A DNA stretch of 64,000 bases from Candidatus Moraniibacteriota bacterium (lineage in GTDB: Bacteria; Patescibacteriota; Minisyncoccia; Moranbacterales; UBA2206): NCBI GenBank assembly GCA_030679995.1, contig JAUXSK010000015.1, positions 3,607-67,606 of the forward strand, written 5' to 3'. The notes beneath the pieces are model-generated. The model saw only the letters and a list, made by a program, of their open reading frames with translations, made no database searches and was not told the origin of the DNA. The position numbers and the translations under genes were made by a program. This document shows, in pieces, positions 58,640 to 64,000 of this stretch. How positions within the stretch are numbered: the first letter of the stretch is position 1; each line of letters opens with the position of its first letter.

Positions 58640-60088
58640 ATGAGAGAAGATATCTTGCAGACAAAATTGGACAAATTGGATAATATCCGTGCGTTCGGAA
58701 TGGAGGCCTATCCGGAAAAAACCCGGCGCGATATGGCTAACACCGAGGCTTTGGAAAAATTTGATGAGCTTGCCGCAAGCGAAATAACCCTAGTCGGGCG
58801 GGTGCGGTCATTCCGGCCGATGGGCAGTTCGACTTTCGCGCACATCGAGGATGGGTCCGGTAAGATCCAATTGTTTTTGAACAAGAACAATATCGACGAA
58901 GCGAAATACAAACTATTCGCCAAGAATGTCGAGTTGGGTGATTTCGTGCAGGTTACCGGCAAGCTTTTTAAGACCAAACAGGAAGAAAAAACCCTAGAGG
59001 TGAATAATTGGACGATGCTATCGAAAAATATACGGCCGATCCCGACCGAGCATTTCGGCATCAAAGATGAGGAAGAAAAATTGCGTAAAAGATATTTGGA
59101 TCTGCTGGTTAATCCGGAGACGCGTGAGCTTTTCCGCAAGAAAAATATCTTTTGGCAGACCGTGCGTCAAAGCTTGGCGCAGGAAGGTTTTTTGGAAGTA
59201 CAGACTCCCGTGTTGGAGCATATTCCAGGAGGAGCTGACGCCGAGCCTTTCGTGACGCATCACAATGCCCTTAATCAGGATTTTTTCTTGCGCATCTCTC
59301 TCGAACTTCCGCTAAAAAGACTCCTGGTCGGAGGTTATGAAAAGGTTTTTGAAATCGGGAGATGCTTCCGTAATGAAGGGATGGACCGGGAGCATCTGCA
59401 AGAATTTGACAACACTGAGTTTTACGCCAGTTATTGGGACCTGGAAAAGGGGATGGAATTCGTCGAATCTTTGTGTAAAAAAATAGTGCTTGAAACGACG
59501 GGCGGTTACGAAACGGAATATGAAGGGGAGAAGATAAATTGGAATATAGATTTTCCTCGCATTGACTACTTCACGGAATTTAAAAAAACGACGGGCCTTG
59601 ATTTGTCGGAAGACATTCCGGTCGAAGAGTTGAAAAAGAAGGCGGATGAATTGGGCGTGAAATATGAAGCGAATTACGGCAAAGGCAGGATGATCGATAC
59701 GATTTATAAAAAAACCATCCGGCAAAACCTGATCCAGCCTTGCTTTTTGGTGGGCCATCCGATTGACGTTTCGCCTTTGGCGAAATCCGATCCGGATAAT
59801 CCGCGAAAAACTTTGCGGATGCAACCGATCGCCGGAAAGTCGGAATTAGGGAACGGCTTCGCCGAATTGAATGATCCGATCGACCAGAAAAACAGGTTTG
59901 AACAGCAGATGAAGATGCGCGAGGCGGGAGATGCCGAAGCCCAGATGATGGACGATGATTTTGTGGAAGCTTTGGAAATCGGCATGCCGCCGGCTTTCGG
60001 ATTCGGGATGGGCGAGAGATTTTTCTCTTTCATAATGGACAGATCCATTCGCGAGACGGTGATTTTCGCCGCAGTAAAAAAGAAATGA
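58640..60088 (+). CDS. lysS: lysine--tRNA ligase (class II)
   Basis: 482 aa; N-terminal OB anticodon-binding domain, class II motifs 1-3 (...FRNEGMD..., ...GFGMGERF...). Confidence 0.9.
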   Translation: MREDILQTKLDKLDNIRAFGMEAYPEKTRRDMANTEALEKFDELAASEITLVGRVRSFRPMGSSTFAHIEDGSGKIQLFLNKNNIDEAKYKLFAKNVELGDFVQVTGKLFKTKQEEKTLEVNNWTMLSKNIRPIPTEHFGIKDEEEKLRKRYLDLLVNPETRELFRKKNIFWQTVRQSLAQEGFLEVQTPVLEHIPGGADAEPFVTHHNALNQDFFLRISLELPLKRLLVGGYEKVFEIGRCFRNEGMDREHLQEFDNTEFYASYWDLEKGMEFVESLCKKIVLETTGGYETEYEGEKINWNIDFPRIDYFTEFKKTTGLDLSEDIPVEELKKKADELGVKYEANYGKGRMIDTIYKKTIRQNLIQPCFLVGHPIDVSPLAKSDPDNPRKTLRMQPIAGKSELGNGFAELNDPIDQKNRFEQQMKMREAGDAEAQMMDDDFVEALEIGMPPAFGFGMGERFFSFIMDRSIRETVIFAAVKKK

Positions 60089-60093
60089 TTTTT

Positions 60094-60294
60094 ATGAGCA
60101 TCAAAGAAGATAAAAGCTAGCGTTGGAAAAAGATAAATGGAAAAATATTCGATTTTCTGCATAAAATTGAAAAATTGAAATCCACCATACGGTTCAATGG
60201 CAGGGCTATCAAAGGCCGGCAGGAATCCAGCGCGGAGCATTCTTGGCGATTGGCACTGATGTTTTTTGTTTTCGAGGAAGAATTGAAAAAGTAG
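60094..60294 (+). pseudogene. remnant of an HD-domain (YfbR-like 5'-deoxynucleotidase) gene with in-frame TAG and early truncation
   Basis: MSIKEDKS-TAG-RWKKINGKIFDFLHKIEKLKSTIRFNGRAIKGRQESSAEHSWRLALMFFVFEEELKK-stop; ...E-S-x-AEHSW...AL... resembles the N-terminal HD-hydrolase motif (from memory); only about 65 codons before the NUDIX gene begins. Confidence 0.35.
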
Positions 60295-60304
60295 GAATAA
60301 TTTT

Positions 60305-60772
60305 ATGAAACAGAGATATATCGTTTGCGGCATAGTCCGAAAGGGTGATGAAATAATTCTTGGAAAAAAGGCCAAGGGCGTTGCGCCTTATCCGGATGTT
60401 TGGCATACTCCGGGTGGAGGTGCGGATGATTTTGAATTAGCCAGGGAATTGTATGCAAAAGGTGATTTTGAAAATATTTATTTTCAAAACGAATTGAAGC
60501 GGGAAATGAAGGAGGAGTTGGGCATTGAGATTGCGAATATACGCAGTATCGTTCCGGAGTACCGATTTGAACCGAGGCAAAGTGAGGCTATGGGCAAGCA
60601 AGGAGAAATGATTCATTTTTACTTTTTGGAATATCTGTGTGATTATGCGGGTGGAGGACTTCGGCCAGGTGATGATTTGGCAGAGGCAAAGTGGGTCAAG
60701 AAGAACGAGTTAAAAAATATATCGCTAACTCCTCCAAGTGAGGAGATGTATAATGAATTGGGTTGGCTGTAG
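60305..60772 (+). CDS. NUDIX hydrolase
   Basis: 155 aa; Nudix box ...GGGADDFELARELYAKGDFENIYFQNELKREMKEELGIE... Confidence 0.8.
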   Translation: MKQRYIVCGIVRKGDEIILGKKAKGVAPYPDVWHTPGGGADDFELARELYAKGDFENIYFQNELKREMKEELGIEIANIRSIVPEYRFEPRQSEAMGKQGEMIHFYFLEYLCDYAGGGLRPGDDLAEAKWVKKNELKNISLTPPSEEMYNELGWL

Positions 60773-60805
60773 AAAATATATTTTTAAGTTAATTAAAATA
60801 ATTTT

Positions 60806-61162
60806 ATGGGCATCAAAGTCGAATTTAATCCGGACTTGGCCTTGCGGGATATTTTCGAATCTAAGAAAGGCAGGCGGAAAATCGAAGAATGCGTGCCGGA
60901 AAATATCAAGACCGGTAAAATTTATAATTTTCTCAAAAGGGAGCAGCGCATTTATTGGTTTTATGGGGAAGTCTCTTTGATAAAGACGACGACCAAGGGA
61001 GGATCTTTTTCCCAGCCGGTGGCGAATGTGGAATTCGTGGAAGTGACGCATTTTATGCAAGACGGTGAAGTGTGGACCAAGGGCAAGTACAAAGTGTCGG
61101 AAGTCTTCAGTGCGGGAAAGACGGAATTCGTGAGAGGTTGCCAGATGGCAAGGAAAAAATAA
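60806..61162 (+). CDS. hypothetical protein
   Basis: 118 aa ORF, no recognisable domain. Confidence 0.4.
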   Translation: MGIKVEFNPDLALRDIFESKKGRRKIEECVPENIKTGKIYNFLKREQRIYWFYGEVSLIKTTTKGGSFSQPVANVEFVEVTHFMQDGEVWTKGKYKVSEVFSAGKTEFVRGCQMARKK

Positions 61163-61250
61163 AATTACGCCAGGCAACTTCCATGCGATCGCATAAGGAA
61201 GAATGGTAAGATGAGAATAACTTTCCATAATATATTAAAATAAAAATTGT

Positions 61251-61496
61251 ATGTGGGATATGGTCGCTCAAGCAGGAATATTTATATTCGGAGTGTTGGG
61301 AATTATTTTAGTCGCCAGAAAAAACAAATGGGGTTTTGTTTTCGGACTCCTATCCCAGCCATTTTGGTTTATTACTTCAATCCAAAATGGGCAGTGGGGT
61401 ATATTTGCAGTAAGTATAATTTATACTTTTAGCTGGGTTTATGGTGTGTATAATTGGTTCTGGAGGAATGAGCAGAAGAAAGAAACGATTAGTTAG
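61251..61496 (+). CDS. small 3-TM membrane protein resembling the N-terminal half of PnuC (nicotinamide riboside transporter)
   Basis: 81 aa; ...ARKNKWGFVFGLLSQPFWFITSI...WVYGVYNWF... parallels PnuC ...SLEKISNYFFGLINVTLFGI...NIYGWYAW (from memory); only the first triple-helix repeat is present. Confidence 0.35.
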   Translation: MWDMVAQAGIFIFGVLGIILVARKNKWGFVFGLLSQPFWFITSIQNGQWGIFAVSIIYTFSWVYGVYNWFWRNEQKKETIS

Positions 61497-61507
61497 AAAA
61501 TAATCAT

Positions 61508-62179
61508 ATGAAAAATAATTCAAAAAAAGAGCTGATTGCGAAAATCGAAACTGAAGCTAAAAAATATTTTGTCGGCGCCAGCGGCTGCCACGATTGGACG
61601 CACGTGGAACGGGTGCGGGCGTTGGCTTTGCATATAGGCAAAAAAGAGAAAGCTGATTTGTTCGTGGTGGAAGCGGCAGCGCTTCTGCATGATATCGGTC
61701 GTAAAGAAGAAATGACTAACAGGGGCAAGATCTGCCACGCGGAAAAAGGCGCAGAAATATCAAAAATTATTTTGAAAAAATATAAATTCACCCAAGAACA
61801 AATCGATAACGTTTTCCATTGTATCCAATCGCATCGTTCACGTAACGGGTATGCCCCGACTACGCTAGAGGCGAAAGTCGTGTTTGATGCTGACAAGATT
61901 GATTCGATTGGGGCGATCGGGGCTGCGCGCGCTTTTTTGTTTGCCGGGAATGCTGGTTCGAACAATTTATACACTGGCAATGAAAAAAAATTGGCTAATG
62001 ACGGTAAGGACTATTCATACACCAAGGAGGATTCATCCTTGCTGGAATATTACAAGAAACTACGGTTTATTTATAAAAAAATCCTGACTAAGGAAGGCAA
62101 AAGAATCGCCAAGGGCAGACAAAAATTTATGCATGATTTTTTTAAGAGGTTTGATCGTGAAATAAAAGGAATAATATGA
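61508..62179 (+). CDS. HD-domain metal-dependent phosphohydrolase
   Basis: 223 aa; H...HD motif region HDWTHVERV...LLHDIGR. Confidence 0.75.
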   Translation: MKNNSKKELIAKIETEAKKYFVGASGCHDWTHVERVRALALHIGKKEKADLFVVEAAALLHDIGRKEEMTNRGKICHAEKGAEISKIILKKYKFTQEQIDNVFHCIQSHRSRNGYAPTTLEAKVVFDADKIDSIGAIGAARAFLFAGNAGSNNLYTGNEKKLANDGKDYSYTKEDSSLLEYYKKLRFIYKKILTKEGKRIAKGRQKFMHDFFKRFDREIKGII

Positions 62180-63186
62180 TAAACTGCGGACAAAAAGAAG
62201 CTATTATCTACGAAGACAAGGTTTATGGACGGGTGCTTATCGATGAGCCGGTGATTTTAGATTTGATAAACAGTTATGAGTTGCAAAGGCTGAAGGAAAT
62301 CGACCAGGCCGGTTATTTCGAACCGTACCATCCGGGCAGCAAGCATACACGGTTTGAACATTCGGTGGGGGTGTATCTGCTATTGTGGAAATTCGGCGCG
62401 CCGATCGGAGAACAGATCGCCGGATTGATCCATGACGTGTCCCATTCGGCTTTTTCCCACGCAGTGGATTATGTCTTGTCCGAAGGCTCGGAAAAAGAAC
62501 AGAGCCACCAGGATGATTATTTCGCGGAATATGTTTTGAACTCAGGCATACCTGGAATTTTGGAAAAATACGGGTTTGACGCGAAGTATATCATAGATGA
62601 AAAAAATTTTCCGCTTTTGGAAAACCAGCTGCCGGATTTGTGCGCTGACAGGATCGATTATTCTTTACGGGGGTTTTTGGCGTATAAGGTGGCGGGACTG
62701 GAAAAAATCGGAAATATATTGGAAGATCTGACGGTCCAGGATAAAAAGTGGGTCTTTGATGATTTCGATTCCGCGTATGGTTATGCCAAATTGTTCAATA
62801 TCCTGAATAAGAATTATTATTCCGGCATAACGACCGCCGTGATGTTCCGGCGGCTGGGGGATTATTTGAAATACGCGCTGGACAAGGGATATATCAACAA
62901 GGCTGATTTGTATACTACGGACAATAGGGTGATCGGTAAGATAAACGGCAATCTGCCAGCCGACGCGGAATTAGCTGCTTTGTGGAAAAATTTGAATAAC
63001 AGCCAAGGTTATGAAAATAATCCGGATGATTATGACGCGGAAGTCTATTGCAAATCAAGAGTCATTGATCCGTTGTGCCTGCACGACGGGGAAATGAAAA
63101 AGGTTTCCGATATCGAATTGGGATGGAAGGAGGAAATAAAACAGGAATCAGAGCCGAAAAGATATCTGATTAAATTTTTTGATTAA
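62176..63186 (+). CDS. HD-superfamily phosphohydrolase (COG1078 / dNTP triphosphohydrolase-like)
   Basis: 336 aa; ...ELQRLKEIDQAGYFEPYHPGSKHTRFEHSVGV...LIHDVSHSAFSH... pattern characteristic of this group. Confidence 0.7.
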   Translation: MINCGQKEAIIYEDKVYGRVLIDEPVILDLINSYELQRLKEIDQAGYFEPYHPGSKHTRFEHSVGVYLLLWKFGAPIGEQIAGLIHDVSHSAFSHAVDYVLSEGSEKEQSHQDDYFAEYVLNSGIPGILEKYGFDAKYIIDEKNFPLLENQLPDLCADRIDYSLRGFLAYKVAGLEKIGNILEDLTVQDKKWVFDDFDSAYGYAKLFNILNKNYYSGITTAVMFRRLGDYLKYALDKGYINKADLYTTDNRVIGKINGNLPADAELAALWKNLNNSQGYENNPDDYDAEVYCKSRVIDPLCLHDGEMKKVSDIELGWKEEIKQESEPKRYLIKFFD

Positions 63187-63736
63187 TATAAAACAAATGG
63201 GATTGGATATCGTAAAATTTTTTAATCGGTGGGGGCGGGGAACGGCAGTCGACCGTGTGACGGATTTCGTAAGTCGGATGTTGTATTTAGCGGTTTTTTG
63301 GACACTGACTACGATCGCCGTATTTTTCTTTGCGGAAAACGGAAAAACCATAGCAATAACTATGACAGTGGCGGCCAGCTTGCATTTCGCTATCACCGAA
63401 GGAATATTCAAGCGTCTGTTGTGGAAATATTTTAATAAGATCAGACCGTACATCGCCTATCCGGATAGAATTTTTCCTATCGGCAGGATGCACAGCGATT
63501 CATCTTTTCCCTCAAGCCATATGTCGGCCAATCTGGCACCGTTGTCGGTCATCGTGTTTTATTACCCCGTCATCTGGCCAATAGCCGCCGTGTGGACTTT
63601 ACTTATAGCCTATGCCAGATTGCACAATGGGATGCATTATCTGAGCGATGTGATAGCGGGCGCCATTCTAGGAATCGCCTATGGCGCGCTGGCGATCTAT
63701 CTGGTAAATTTTTTCAACCAATATGTATTATCTTGA
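63179..63736 (+). CDS. PAP2-family phosphatase (undecaprenyl-diphosphatase-like)
   Basis: 185 aa; PAP2 motifs PSSH and SRLHNGMHYLSDV. Confidence 0.75.
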   Translation: MINIKQMGLDIVKFFNRWGRGTAVDRVTDFVSRMLYLAVFWTLTTIAVFFFAENGKTIAITMTVAASLHFAITEGIFKRLLWKYFNKIRPYIAYPDRIFPIGRMHSDSSFPSSHMSANLAPLSVIVFYYPVIWPIAAVWTLLIAYARLHNGMHYLSDVIAGAILGIAYGALAIYLVNFFNQYVLS

Positions 63737-64000
63737 TCTCATCGGGACTTTGGCATTCGCAATCGGCGGAGCGTTTAAGGCCAGGGAAAGACGATTGAAT
63801 ATTTTCGGCGTGGTTTTTTTGGGCGCCATCACGGCGGTGGGCGGGGGAACGTTCCGCGATGTCATTATCGGAAGGATGCCGCTTTTTTATCTCAAGGACC
63901 AGAATTATCTACTGATTGCGATTTTGGGAGGCAGTATAGTCTATTTTTTACCCCATATCTTCAAAAAGGGCTATTCCTGGTTCCGTCTGGTTGATTCAAT
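63723..64000 (+). CDS. UPF0126/TRIC-like glycine-rich membrane protein, N-terminal fragment (3' end outside window)
   Basis: LIGTLAFAIGGAFKA...FLGAITAVGGGTFRDVIIG matches the duplicated UPF0126 motif. Confidence 0.6.
   Translation, partial: MYYLDLIGTLAFAIGGAFKARERRLNIFGVVFLGAITAVGGGTFRDVIIGRMPLFYLKDQNYLLIAILGGSIVYFLPHIFKKGYSWFRLVDS

Noticed and set aside
1-64000. Alternative genetic code (for example UGA recoding as in some CPR lineages)
   Set aside because: TGA terminates well-conserved genes at the expected C-termini (HlyD adaptor at 12687, lysS at 60088, sugar transferase region). TAA and TAG are also used. No conserved protein requires read-through, so standard code 11 is assumed.

Overview
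This 64 kb window is a compact, gene-dense bacterial chromosome segment with moderate GC and almost every gene on the + strand. Only a convergent pyrC/pyrD-like pair lies on the - strand. The gene content and the near-absence of Shine-Dalgarno sequences suggest a small-genome, fermentative lineage; CPR/Patescibacteria-like is my inference, not a demonstrated fact. The genetic code is standard, with TGA used as a stop.

The gene content is mostly housekeeping:
- a glycolysis block (pgk C-terminus, eno, gpmI, a PfkB kinase) followed by a fused ADP-forming acetyl-CoA synthetase;
- recJ and rnhA;
- a MacAB-like ABC efflux system (HlyD adaptor, ATPase, two FtsX permeases);
- an aminoacyl-tRNA synthetase run (tyrS, pheS, pheT, valS) followed by the RNase P RNA gene rnpB;
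- a polysaccharide/glycan cluster (sugar phosphotransferase, three GT4 glycosyltransferases, a Wzz-like protein, a DUF4012-like protein, murJ) interspersed with rarA, an EamA transporter and a divergent PurD-like ATP-grasp enzyme;
- lepA and dnaJ, a PIF1-type helicase, an IMPase, and tRNA-Lys(UUU) followed by a truncated tRNA-Lys-like copy;
- frr, rseP, mreBCD-mrdA, greA, lysS;
- a NUDIX / PnuC-like / HD / HD / PAP2 cluster.

I found no CRISPR array, IS element or obvious phage genes. The most unusual signal is a previously unannotated family of AT-rich intergenic elements, about 100-130 bp, with terminal inverted repeats and a 7-nt AAAATCC-type tandem module. They lie directly 5' of start codons at three loci. 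An in-frame fragment of the same module is embedded in the pheS coding sequence.
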